Of a stretch of 64,000 nt of DNA, positions 48,391 to 60,680 are shown piece by piece. The notes below the pieces were generated by a model. The model worked only from the letters and a program-made list of their open reading frames with translations, did not search any database and was not told where the DNA came from. The stretch's first letter is position 1. Each line of letters begins with the position of its first letter. Source of the stretch: Camelus dromedarius (Eukaryota); contig NC_087437.1 in the NCBI RefSeq assembly GCF_036321535.1, forward strand, positions 20,710,001-20,774,000. The letters are read 5' to 3'. Made by a program: the position numbers and the translations under genes.

Positions 48391-51300
48391 GCCCACAGGC
48401 TTCACTCCATGTCCTGGGAAGGCCTGGGACCTGTGATGGGGTTTGTGGGGTGTGACAGGTCATTGTGAGCCCAGGAAGCAGGGCAGGAGAGCCTAGGGCC
48501 TGATGCTGCCTTTGTCCAGGGCAGCATTGATGACCCCACCACTGGTGACCCCATAGCCAGGAGGTGCACATGGCACTCTGAGTCCCATCTGGGCATGACG
48601 TTGCCATGGGTTACATCACCCCTCACCAGTCCAAGGTAGAAGACAGGCTGTTCTTCAGGAGGAGAGTAACGTGGGTGAGAGAGGTGCCTGGCAGGCTCAG
48701 TGTGGGGCACAGTGTAGAATGTTCCAGGAGAGGCACACTGCATGGTTCTAGGCTTCCTTTAAAGTGTCGCCCCTGCTGAGAGGGGCAGGGAGGCCTCTGG
48801 GTCTGCTCCTGTCTTATATTCCTGCAGGAAGCTGGTTCTGGGAAAGGATAGAATCCTGACCCTAGAAAATGAGGTTCAGTCCACCAAGTAGGCCTGTCCT
48901 TCAATCTGGCACTGCTTGGTGGCCTGGCTCCTGGGTCTTCCTCCTGCTCTGACCTGGAGGTCAGTGTCTTTTTGCCCAGAGTGGACTCCAGGAAGGGAGT
49001 GGGCATCAGTGGGTGTGTTGTCTAGTTCCCTTGGGGGTGGGCTTCCTTGGAGTCAGTGGGTAGGCTGGCCTAGGTGGGGAAATGGGGCCCTTGCAGCCAC
49101 CTGCCTGTTGGTTGGTTGCCAGGCCACAGGCAAACTCCCCAAGATGAGGGTTCCCTGATCCTTCTCCTCTGGGGCCTCTGGGCAGCTGGCTGTACCCAAG
49201 TGCAGCAGACTCACTGCTTGTGCAGCTGTGGGGTGGTGCCTGGACTAACCCACTGCCCTTCTGACTCCTCTCATTCACAAAGATGCCAAGCTCCCACTGC
49301 CTGCAACAGTCAGTACAGTCTTACTTAGTGCTGTTTCTTTGATTCATTCTATTTTCCTAAAGTGCAATTACAAACACACCGGCTCCAATCTGCTTTTGAA
49401 GATTGAACTCAGGGTGAGCCTGCTTCATAGGAAACCTACCACCCTCTCTGGGCCTCCGTGGTTCTGTGGGTCTCCAACGCTCCCTGACCCTGCTTCCCCC
49501 TGATGGTACTAGTTTCACAGGCCTAATGGTCTGTTTACTTATTGCCTCACTGACAGACTGTGAGCTTCCTTTTTTTTTTTTAAACCTCTTTAAAAAAATT
49601 TTTTTTTTAACTTCAAACATACACAAAGTCACAGAGGATCATATAATGTGCCCTCTAGGATTCATCACCCAACTTCAACAGTTGTCAACATTTTGCCGGT
49701 CTTGTTTCATTAACTTCTCCTCGACCTCACCTTGCCACCCCCACTTCCAGGATATTTTCAAGCAATTCCTAAATCTCACATCCTTTCTCTCATAAGTACA
49801 TTTCAGCTGTAAGCTTTAAGATGGCAGAAGCTGTGTCCTGTATCCTGTGTCCTGTGTTCTCAGCACTTTGGATGGTGCCCAACACATCTTGGCTTTGGGG
49901 GAGATATGTTGTTTTGAATCAACAGATTGACTGGATGAATGACTCAGTTTCAGCCTTTAGAGCCCAGTCTGCACATTAGCTGCAGCTGGAGTAACTAGAA
50001 TGTGAATGAGCGCTGGGAGCCCGCAGCCTCCCTGCCGCCTGTCCTGCTGCCCGGGCTTTGCAGGAGGTTCTGGAATCTGTCTGGCTCTCACTCATCAGAC
50101 TTTAAGCTTGGTTTATTCTTAGCTGAACATCTTTGATTTTGCAATTAAACTCCACTTTGAGGTGACCTTGGGGAGGGAAGACTATGAAGATGTAGCTTTT
50201 ACCTTTGCTTGGTTCATATTTAGTTCACAATTATACACTTGAGGGTTTTGGCTTTTTTAATATATAATGCTTTGTTTACTTCGGCCAAAATGATTAGGAC
50301 AAAAAAAAATCAATGTATAGAATACATCTAAAGCATTTTCTTTAATACCATCTTTCTATTCCTGGTAACGGTATTTTAACTACACAAATGGGAGATAATT
50401 GAATGCACATTTTTCTTTCCAACAGTCATGGTCATGTTTAAAACCCTAAATTCTGTACACTTTGAAGGGGACTCTGAGACTAGAGTCACTAGACGTGGCA
50501 TATCCAGCTTTTACAAGGTGAAAATCAGGCCAGAGCTGGGGCTTTGGAAATCTCTGGTGGTAGAATGGTAGCTTGTAAAAATGCCTTTGATATGTTCCTT
50601 TTTCCTCTTAATTCAGAAATAGTGTTTACCATAATACTGCAATGGGAACTGCCTATTAACTAGTGCTTTTTTCAAAATTATATTCTCAATATTTTCTTTT
50701 ACTATTCAAATCTATTGTAAAGTTGAATTAAGTTAACTGAGATTTTTGCTTGTTTGTTTTCTTTTTTGCTGCTTCATCAGGAATTTAGAATAACACTTCT
50801 ATTTCTGGATTTAAGATATTTTTACTGTGTGGGTTTAGCACAAGGGACTAAGTCTGCGCCCAGTAGACATTTGATGACTGGGAACTGTTACCTGTTCAAA
50901 CTGCAACGTAAAACAGTTGTTTCCACCGACGTGTTTATAAGAGTTAGATTTGGTCATGACGCCATATTGAGCAAGAGCATCTTTTCCGTGGAAGGTGATG
51001 GACTTGGGAGATATTGGAGGATTAGGAGAGCTGGGATCTGTACTGAAGTATGTCGTAATCCCATAGCATCTCACCCTGCTGATGTGGCCATGACTCTTCC
51101 TGTGGCCTTTACTTTCTGGGCTGTGAGGGAGCAGGCTGTGGGGTTTCTGCTATGGGCCGAGTCCTGGCTGTCACTTGGCATGACTTAGACAAGTCTGAGG
51201 CGGCGTCAGGAGGAGCTGCAGTAGACCCCCGGGGTGTGCGTGCTCAGATCTCCTGTGGAGTGGGTATGCAGGAAGATGGCTGGAAGGGAAACCGAGGAAT

Positions 51301-52724
51301 GCTGGACTTCTTGAGTGGCTGTGAGCTTCCTTGCTAGGGATTGAAAAGGAGAAAGGGTCTCTGGAGAATGGGGCTGGAGCCTGGGCCACAGAGTCAGAGA
51401 AAGCCTGTTGGCTGGTAATCCTGTCTTCTTAGGATGGGGCCCAACAGAAGCTGAGACAGATGTTCCAGGCTGGAAAACCTGTGGTGAGGCAGAGCACCAC
51501 AGCTGAGTCAGCCCCAGGGAAGGCTGGCATGGCGGAGGGGCCGGGAATGGGCTGCAAACGTGGCTGCCCCTCCTGATGAATGGGGCTGGGCCTGTAAATA
51601 GGGAAGTGGCCAGTGGCCAGGATTTGGAAGGGGAACCACAGCATGGAGCAGAAGCAGCAGCTCCAGGAAAGGGCAAATCTTTGTGTTTAGATGGTGGGCA
51701 GGAGCCTGTATGACTCCCCCAGAGCTGAGGATTCAAACTCAGCACATCCCTCTGTGCCAAGTGCTCTGTGCATTATGATATTTACTCCTCACCCACCGCC
51801 CTCTTGCTCTTTCAGACTCTTATCCCCAAACTTATTTAAAGATCAGGGTCCTGAAACTCAGCAAAGTGAAGTTGTCAGGAGGGCAGAGCAGGGACTTGAC
51901 ACAAATCTGCTGGTGGCTAAAGCCTCATGCTTTCCACTACATCAGGGCTCCCCTCTGCCTCTCCCACTGAGGAAGTGTCCCCAGTGAAGAAACACCCCAG
52001 GGCAGAGCCATGCGCCGGAGTCTCACATTGGATTGACTCATGCATACACACAGTGCTGGGGGTCCTAGCTCCAGTGGCAAAGAGAAACTTTAAAGTCATA
52101 AGAATTTTGCATCTTATCATTACTGTTTAGCCATTTAAAAAAAAAAAAAAGAATAGAGCATGATCTTCCTCTCTAAGTTTTCCAGGAAAATAAACTTCAG
52201 GGGAAGATGTCTGTTTATCCCAGTGTCAATGTACTCCACCCTACCCCACACCTGCCCCTGGGTCATGTGCGCCCCAGGCTGGGCCTAGCTCGAGTGGACG
52301 TAGTGAGACTCTGACCATCATGTGCCATTTGGAATTTGCCAAAACAGAGTCAGAAGATAGGGACACAGAAACTCAGAGTGTATCAAGGCGAAATGGTGGG
52401 TGGGACTCCAGAAGGAATCCTGTGTCATCAAATGAAAAGCCACAGATACACAGAGATGTCAGTAGCGCAAAAACTAAAAGCAGTAAGGCAGTCACATGAT
52501 CCCAGCCATCTGGCTAACCCAACATATCCTCAGTATTTTAAATCTAGAACTAAATATAGCCCCTTTCCCAAAAAGCACTCAGCATATTTGAAAAATGTAG
52601 ACAAGATGGAGCTTTTGCATATGGTGTCTGCAAAAAAAAAAAAAAAAATGAGGACATGGAGATCTAGACCCTGGCTTACTTAGAATTTCCTGGTAAAGAC
52701 CCAAGGTATTTTTTTCTTTATTGG

Positions 52725-53220
52725 ATCAGTTAGTGTTTGTTCTACATGGATCAAGCTCTCAAAACGTAGTGGCTTAAAACAGCAACCTTTATGTTTGCTG
52801 TAATCTGTGGGTTGGCCATGCAATTCTTCTAGTCCAGGCTGACTCTCCTGGTATCCATCTATGGGGGGTGTGGCTGGGTTGGATGGTCTGGGATGGCCTT
52901 GCTCACATGTGTGATGATTCGCAAGCTGGTTGTTTGAAGAGAGCCTTGGCCAGGACTGCTTGCCTTGGCCCCATGTGGTCTCTCATCCTTCAGCAGCTCA
53001 CCTGGGTGTCTTCACTTGGTGGACTTGGCATTCCCAAAGCAGCAAAGGAGGACAAGCCCCAGTGAGTAAGTACTTCTCACGCCTCTGCTTGTAGCTTAGT
53101 TGCTGTTGTCCCATCAGCTAAAGCAGATACCTTGTCCAAGCTTAGAGTCAGCTTGGGAGGAGCCTTCACAAGGCCATGGATACAGAGAGGCAAGAACAAA
53201 TTGGGGCCATCCCTGCAACA
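52725..53220 (-). mobile_element. MLT1 (MaLR) solo LTR
   Basis: AGTGGCTTAAAACAGCAAC...ATCTGTGGGTTGG...CCATGTGGTCTCTCATCCTTCAGCAG...GGCCATGGATACAG is an MLT1 pattern. Confidence 0.65.
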
Positions 53221-54099
53221 GGGCGAGCATACCTATAAGCCTGAGGTTTAACTTAGCAAAGGCAGGGTTTCCACCTAACACCCATCTGAGGGTGACTCTG
53301 AACCGTATTGTGATTAACCCTTGTGTAAAAAGGCAGCGTCGGGGAAAACCAGGCAGCGCGCTTAGCAGTTCACGTGGCGTCGTCTGCTGGTAAGTGTGGT
53401 GGGAAGTCTCCCGAGCAGCTGGAGGCAGGAAGTGATTGAAAGGCCAGATCTGGCCCAGCATCAGAAGAAAGGTTCTCACCTCCCACACCCAAATACAGAG
53501 CAACCAAGAGGCAAGTCTGTTCTCTGCGGCGCTGAAGCCAGACTCAGAAATCGGGGTGGGTGGTTTCCCCAGGCCGGCAAGGTTGTGTCCCAGGCCCAGA
53601 GTGAGGAGCCGAAGACATCTGAGCCAGGGCGGCAGACAGAGGGATGTGAACGTGTGAGCGTTCAGTACTCAGCATACCTGGAGGAGCCAACAAACAGGTT
53701 AAGAAACTATTCCTGTTTCCCAGGAGGAGGGACAAAGCAGGAAAGTGACCTGATGGGAGACGAGTAGGTAGTGAAGGTCATGACAGCCGTTTTCGTTTGA
53801 ATGTCTCCCGTAGGCTGGGGACTGTACTTAGCCTTTAATTTAGTCCTCACAGCATCCCCAGGTGATTGGTCCCAATGTACAGATGAAGAAACTAAATCTC
53901 GGAGGTGAAGTAACTTGGCCCATGGCCCCTGTGCTCAAGGTTCTTACGCAGGTCCATCTGCCTCCAGAGTCCTGTGCCCTTTCTCTGCACACCCTGCTGA
54001 TGTGGTCCCACAAGAAAAAGCACCTTCAGACAGCAAGGGCTGCAGGCCTCTCCTAACAGTAAAACCCTGAAAGACCCCAGAGGCCATCTGCCAGTCAGG

Positions 54100-54102
<3 letters not shown>

Positions 54103-54133
<31 letters not shown>

Positions 54134-54250
54134 GTTGGGGGAGGTAATCAGGTCTGTCTGTTTATTTTGGTGGCAGTACTGGGAATTGAACCCAGGACCT
54201 CGTGTATGCCAAGCATGCGCTCTACCACTGGAGCTGTATCCTCCCCGCAA
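54103..54250 (-). mobile_element. vic-1-type tRNA-Ala-derived SINE, second copy
   Basis: Poly-T at 54103-54132, then GGGGGAGGTAATCAGG...GTACTGGGAATTGAACCCAGGACCTCGTGTATGCCAAGCATGCGCTCTACCACTG. Degenerate TSD CCAGTCAGGAGCTTTT / CCAGGCAGGAACTCTT. Confidence 0.85.
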
Positions 54251-56372
54251 CCCCAGGCAGGAACTCTTGAAGACGTTCATGTGAAGGAAAAGGAGACTTT
54301 CCAAAGATGGTATTCGCCTCAAAAGAAGGTGGTAGCCTAACAGAAGGGGGAGGAAGGCCTGAAGAAAACCCCATCTTTATTGTTGGGGGTCCAGGGACCC
54401 CCAGAAGGAGACATTTGTTCTGAACCGTCTGTGAGCCACCCTCCACCCACACACTCCACTCACCTTCCTCAAATTAGAGATCAAATTATAAGAGGGTCAT
54501 TGTAAAGTAAAATAAATTCAATCCGGAAGGACTGAGATAATGAAGGTTCTGAAATCCATGAGCTCCGTGAGCTCCATGAGCCAGAAGCCGCCAGCCCTCC
54601 TCAGGCATCCAAGAAGCTGGCACGTGCCAGGAGTTAACTTGTTCTGTGCAGACCCACAGGTGACAACTCGAATCAGTGTGCAGACGTGTAGGGGCAACAT
54701 GATAATGCATAAGAAAGCTTCAGAGGCACGGATCTCATTTTGTACCTCGTCACCACCACTTAATAACCTTGTGCCTTCAGTTTTCTGCTTACATATTAGA
54801 AATTAGAAATTACCAAGCCTATCCTGACGGGATGTCAAGGGCCCCACATGGCAGCTGGCTCACACTATGCTCAGTGGATGGAAACCTAAGGAAATGGGTG
54901 GTTTTGAGTGGTTTGAGTTCCTAGTGTGTTGTTTTAGCCTGAGAGCTTTCACGGCTGGTGAGTCCCCTCCAGGCCAGAGAGAGAAGCGTCCCCAGGAAGA
55001 CTTGCAGACCATCCTAGAGCATGAGGCACTGACCCCTGGGTAGGAGTGGTGACTCAAGGGACAGAAGCAGTGCTTATGTGAAGGTGTAAATTGGGATTCG
55101 TTTGTTAACAGAGTTGCCGGGTGCTGGACTGCAGGCTCAGTGGTGAGGTGCAAGTGTATTTTTGTCAGTCTTTCAGCCAATGTTCTCTTGTGGTAGAAAG
55201 TCTGACAGATGCCTTAAATAAGTGGTTCTCCAACTCCTCTGTAGGGGCTCTGGGGTGAGGGTGGGGTCAGGGGGAGGACAGCTGGGAAGCAAGGGACTCC
55301 TGCTTTATTCCCTGCATATATGCTTTTAAGAAAACAGCTTTATTGAGATATAATTCGCATACCAAACAACTCACGCAAAGTGTGTAATTCAGTAGCTATT
55401 AGTACACTCAGAAGTGTGTAGCCCCCATCACATTAGCCGGTGAGCCCTTATCTGATTGTATCCACTGGGGCTCTGAATGAGTTTATATTTGAAGAAGAAA
55501 AAGAAACTGCCACTAGAATCAAGTTTGAAATACCTGTCATAAATCTTGCTATAGTTAAGTACCTTTTCGGAAGAGGCTGTGATTTTCAAGTTTTATTTCA
55601 AACCCCAATGAGAACCGGGAAATAAACTTGGTAGCTAAGACTGAGGGAGTAAAACCCCAGGGCAACCTTTCATTTTTTTCACAGAAGGGGCAGTTAGAGC
55701 GTCATTCAGCATTAAAAAAAAAAATCCTTTTGCACAGTTCTGATGTGGTCAGAGGAAATCAGAATGGTGAGTGGGGCTGTGGGGAGATCCACGGATGCAG
55801 CTGAAATAGGCTCAGTGGTCCAGGATCGGGGAAGCCTCTAGTGAGCAGATGGGCTCCTTAGTGTCGGAACAGCTCCTCCGGCTCACCCTCGCCGTCCCTA
55901 AAGGCAGTAACGTGGGGCACGAGGCAGCGATTGACTTTCAGGGTCACAGTTGAAATGAAAGAAGAGCAGGATCCTCCTGGCAGGGTGTTCATCAGGAAAG
56001 GTTGAAGATTTAGAAGTTGGGGATCAGAACAGCATGAGCATTTGCTGGTCCCTGTAAGCCTCCGTTGTCTGGCACACCGGAAGTGCTCAGTAAACTTCCT
56101 TTACATTTTTCTTTGGAAAGTCCGCACTGGAAAATCTCCTTCCCTGTTAAGGTCAGATAAACAGAGCACGACCTGTTCCACTTACTAAGTTGAAGGTCAC
56201 CTTCTCAGCTGGGCTTATCTGGGGGCAAGGCCCCAAGCAACAGCGCACGATTGTTCTCGGCCTGGGAGTCACGCTTCCCTGCCAGAGGACAGGGCTAATT
56301 GGATTGTTTTCAGTTGACAAACTTGGTTTCCCACCTTGGAACACACATTTATTGCCTCTCGTCTCTTCACAG

Positions 56373-56425
56373 GACGGGTTCCCAATTTGAGGTGAAACCA
56401 TGAAGAGAAGATAGAACAGATAATA
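56373..56425 (+). other. PXYLP1: PXYLP1 exon 2, 5'-UTR part (53 nt)
   Basis: Polypyrimidine tract and acceptor GCCTCTCGTCTCTTCACAG ending at 56372. Confidence 0.85.
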
Positions 56426-56504
56426 ATGCTTTTCCGCAACCGCTTCTTGCTGCTGCTGGCCCTGGCTGCGCTGCTGGCCTTCGTGAGCCTCAGCCTGCAG
56501 TTCT
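56426..56504 (+). CDS. PXYLP1: 2-phosphoxylose phosphatase 1 (ACPL2), first coding exon; type II Golgi signal anchor; partial CDS continuing beyond the window
   Basis: ATGCTTTTCCGCAACCGC... translates to MLFRNRFLLLLALAALLAFVSLSLQF plus 1 nt, which I recognise as the PXYLP1/ACPL2 N-terminus. It ends at a phase-1 donor TCT|GTGAGT (56505-56510). Absent from the ORF track. Confidence 0.93.
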
Positions 56505-59500
56505 GTGAGTCTGGTTGTGGGTCCTGGGAGGGGTGGGGGCCTCTCTCTGAAACAGAGGGCCCCGTGGGAAGCCTTTGTTCTCTAAATGAACAGTGAGGGT
56601 TCAAACGACCGAGTCTCTTTATCACTGGGGCGAATGGTAGGTGGACGTGGGTAGGAGTCTGGGTGTACGTCTTTGCTTGCGAGAAACAGGAGCAATCACG
56701 GGGCCTCGGACTCGTTCCTGACGTCCCCCTGGGTTCCTGACCTGCCTGGTGATTCCTGGATCCTTAGTTCAGGTTCCCAAGGCGAAGACAGTGAGTGGTC
56801 AGCTTGTCTCCTCCTGCCAGGCCACATGGCCGAGGCGCCCGGCCTGCAGGTTGGTTCTTTGAGGGGTGGGTGTCCGTTCTGTCGGGTAAGCAGTGGGGCT
56901 GGAGTTGTTGGTGAGTGTGGGGGATTAGGTCCCAGTAGGAAACTCAGCCCCCTGGGCAGCGGGGATGGTGCAATGGGAAACCCTGTGCGGCGAGGCAGGA
57001 ACAGGTCCCCGGCCTCACCACCAGCACTCTGCCCTTCTTTGGGAGCTTGTGCTCAGGCTGGGCCCCAAATCTAGGTGCCCTGCTGCTCTCCAAGGGTGGT
57101 CATCTCAAACACAGATCTAGCCTGATACCTGCTTGGTTGTAACCCTTTAGTGGTGGGTCTCTGGGAGACCCCTTCCCTTCTTGGGGCAGATTCCTGTGGC
57201 CAGATCCTGCCTGCCCCTCTGTGTGGGCTGCTCTCTTCCTCACCTCCCTTCCATCCTCTCCTCTGCATGGTTCCCTCAGCCGTTTCTCCTCCAGGAACCT
57301 TCCATGACTCCCTAACTGGGCCTGGGCTTCTTTGTTGTATGTCCCTGAGCCTGTTCCCGTGTTTACACTCTCTGCATGGTACCATCATTTTCAGTTTTTG
57401 TGTCTTTTCCTTCTATAAGACTGTCTGCTTTTTGAGAGCAGGTACCATGTCTGTGTCCCTCTTTCCTGCAGGAACCATCACTGCTGACCCCACAGTAGGT
57501 GTCTCGTGAATACTTGTTAAGTGAATGAATGAATCCACACCTGCTCTGGAAAGCAGGCTGACCCTAATTCCCTAAACTTCTGGTACTGGGTCCTTGAAGC
57601 TGAGAAAAGAACTGTGCGATGCTGGCAATTGTGTTTTTGTTACCACCTACCTACCTTCCAATCTCCACCTCACCCCCGTGGATGGGAGACAAGAGCTGGG
57701 CGTCCATCACCGCCTCGGACAGTTCCGTGAGGAGGTGGTGTTGCTGTTGCAGTTTGAGTGATGGGAGGAATGTCAGGTGGCTGAGAGAGTGGGACATTCT
57801 GAGGATGCAAGGGGCATAAGAATGACTTGGCATTTGGAATAAGTGATTTGAAGGGAGGAGGCTTTGAGCAAATTTCCTTGCTTCACCTCTGATTTGTGAC
57901 ATGCTTCATGCACACATCTGGTGCATATGACAGACGCTTCTCATAGTAAAGAGAATTAAAAATAACCCACTTTATCCTTCCAGCATGGGAAAAGAGGTCA
58001 AGAGAAGGTGGGCAGAAGTTTAAAGGTACTCCAGCTGGTTAAGGAACTGTAAAAAAAAAAAAAAAAAAGAAAAAAAGAATCCGTTCCAAAAAGTGTATTA
58101 GGGCTGTCGGCCATTTAGCTGTTTATCACTTTTCATTAAAAATTTTTCATCCTTTGGTCAGAGAGGTAGGATGTTACAACCAACCTCGATTCTTGTTCTG
58201 AGACGCGACTGTGGGTTACTTGGGTTTGCTGCGTTTCTCTTGTATGAGGTGGTTTCCATGTCACTGAATTGGCCTGTTTGTTTTGCTTATATAACTCTTC
58301 TGAAAGTACCTTCTGTTTTAAGAGAGCCAATTTTCAGCCACACTTTTTTTTAGGGAAAATTTTGCAGGGTAAATTAGCCTGCCTGAGTCTGAGGTCTTCA
58401 TTCTTGGATACGTGTTGGAGTTCAGGAAAATATTAAGATATGGACGTCCTTTCCGCTCTTCTGCTTCTAGGTAAACTGTAACTTTGGAATTTAATAGTTT
58501 CTGTGAAAATTGAGTTTCATTGTTTTATTTATTTAATCACGTTATTGGTTGCTAATTAGTATGGTGTAAGAAACCGCACTTACACCATACCGCATAATCC
58601 AAAGGCGTATGCTTAAGTAATACTTACATTTTCATCCTTACCCTAAAACATATAGACTTTTGCTTTACCATTTCTTTTGGCTAATTTGTGAATACCAGAT
58701 TAGCATGTACAACTGTTTTAGGAAAGAGTTGAGGCAATCGAATGTAACTTGGTTTTCTCGGACTTCAAGTGAACAGCGTAGTTGTGTTTGTTTTCTGGAA
58801 TGACTGTACATTTTATTTTGTCTCATTGGTAGTTTTCTTTTTCTGATGTTTTGATTATGAGAAAGTTATGACCCAGGTTACAATGAAAAAAAAATCAGGT
58901 TGTTTAAATAAGGATTTCTTTTTCTCAGTACAGAAAGTGTGTATGTGAGCTCAGATGTGTTTGTTAAGCATTTATGTGTGTTGGGTATTTTTCTACACTG
59001 TCGGGGTGGAGGTAGTAGGGAAAGGAGACAAAAAAGATTAACATACAGGTCGAAGTTTCTCAAAATATGTTTATTTTGAATAGTATTAATGACTCCCTAC
59101 ACGCTACTAGGCTTTAATGAAAATCATTCATTTTGTATTTTCAAGTCCTGGATGTTTTTGAGTTTGGAAATAGGGAGATCCTGAAGTTCCCGATGCTCGA
59201 ATCGAAGAAGAAAACAAGTCCGGCATAAATCTCATTAATTATTCTCATTAAAACGAGTACAAGTGGGAAGATAGCTTCTCAAATTGAGGGACTCCTTCAG
59301 GGCGGCCGGGGAGGACCATCGGGCTGTGGGGGCTCGTGGGGGCTGAGTTACGTTGCTGCTCTTGCTGCTCGTTTGTGACCGTCCATTTTCCTGCTTCAGC
59401 CCACCCTTCCCTTCGTGCTGCTTTTGTGCACGTTTCGCCACGTTCCAACCGGCATTCCCCAGACGGCAGCGTGGCGGGAGCACACAGACACCGGAGCCAC

Positions 59501-60444
59501 AGCCTTGGGTCTGAGTGCTGCTCTGCCACTTAGCAGCCGTGTGCCCTCGCCCAGTGGGACCTCCCAGGGCCTCTGTTTCTTCTTCTGTAAAAAAGGAGTT
59601 AATTGTTGCTTCTTTGAAACACTGGCATGAGAATGGAGATTTTGTGGGAAAACCCTTGGCTCGGGGATGCACAGTTGGTGTAAACAGTACCGGTTCCTGT
59701 CACGATGCATCAGCATTATCAGGGTCCAGGGCTCTTGGTGTCCCGGAGGCTGCTTCAGCCACGTGTTGAGAGAGCTTTTGAAACAGCGTATCATACATTT
59801 CTTTCTTTTTGAGCAAAGTTCTTTGGCCATGATAGGGGTCAGTCTATGGGGGGCACATGGCACTTGTGTCCGGGGGTCCGCTTCTTGGGTGGGGCCCTGA
59901 TTAACCAGAGCAAGTTCTGAGGGAAATGTCAAGGTGGACTGGAAACTCAGCTCCCCAGGTAGCAGAGGAAAGGGTTAACCTGCAGACGTGAAGGCCAGGG
60001 TTGTCTTCAGTATCGGGAGAGCATCCATCTGTAAGACGAGTCGGACCAGCTCCGTGTGGGCTGGTGACCACGGAGACACATTTCAGGGAAGCATAAGGTG
60101 GAGCTTCCAGAAATTCAGCATCACGCAGAGGTGGAGCGGGTGGTGAGCACACCCTGGCGCTCTACAAACAGTAGCGTGGTAGGCATGTCATTGGGCCTGA
60201 TCCCATTTAAAGCCTCTTCTGACTCTGAGGTTTGAGGAATTTTATCCTTCCTTGTTGATCCAGTGCCATGAGTTTGCACAGCTTTGTCTTCAGCAAACGT
60301 CCCTGAGTTCCCACTGTGTGCTAGTCCCTGGGCTGGGAGTTTCATCTCCCAAGAGCCACAGGCTTTCTCTGTCTAGCGGGAGAGAATCACCAGCAGGTCC
60401 TTAGAACACAGTGCACGATGTACTAGGACGGGAAAGAGGCAGCG

Positions 60445-60680
60445 GCACGAGGAGGTGGGAAAGAGCGTGGACTCTGGGGCCAGGCTACCCGGATCGAATC
60501 CCTGTCCTGCCACTTACCAGCTGTGTGCCCCAGGCACGTTATCTGCCCTCTCTGGGCCTCGGCTTCCTCATCTGTAAAATGGGGATAATGAGAGTTCCTG
60601 TGTCAGAGGGTTGGTAAAGGATATTTGTAGCATACCTAGAACAGTTCCTAGCGCATAGTGATCACTATGTGCATGTTTGT
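60445..60680 (+). mobile_element. MIR SINE
   Basis: AAGAGCGTGGACTCTGGGGCCAG...CCACTTACCAGCTGTGTG...TTCCTCATCTGTAAAATGGGGATAAT. Confidence 0.8.

Noticed and set aside
56393..56395. Selenocysteine recoding of the in-frame UGA
   Set aside because: The 3'UTR is outside the window, so no SECIS can be assessed, and PXYLP1 is not a known selenoprotein. No support from this sequence.
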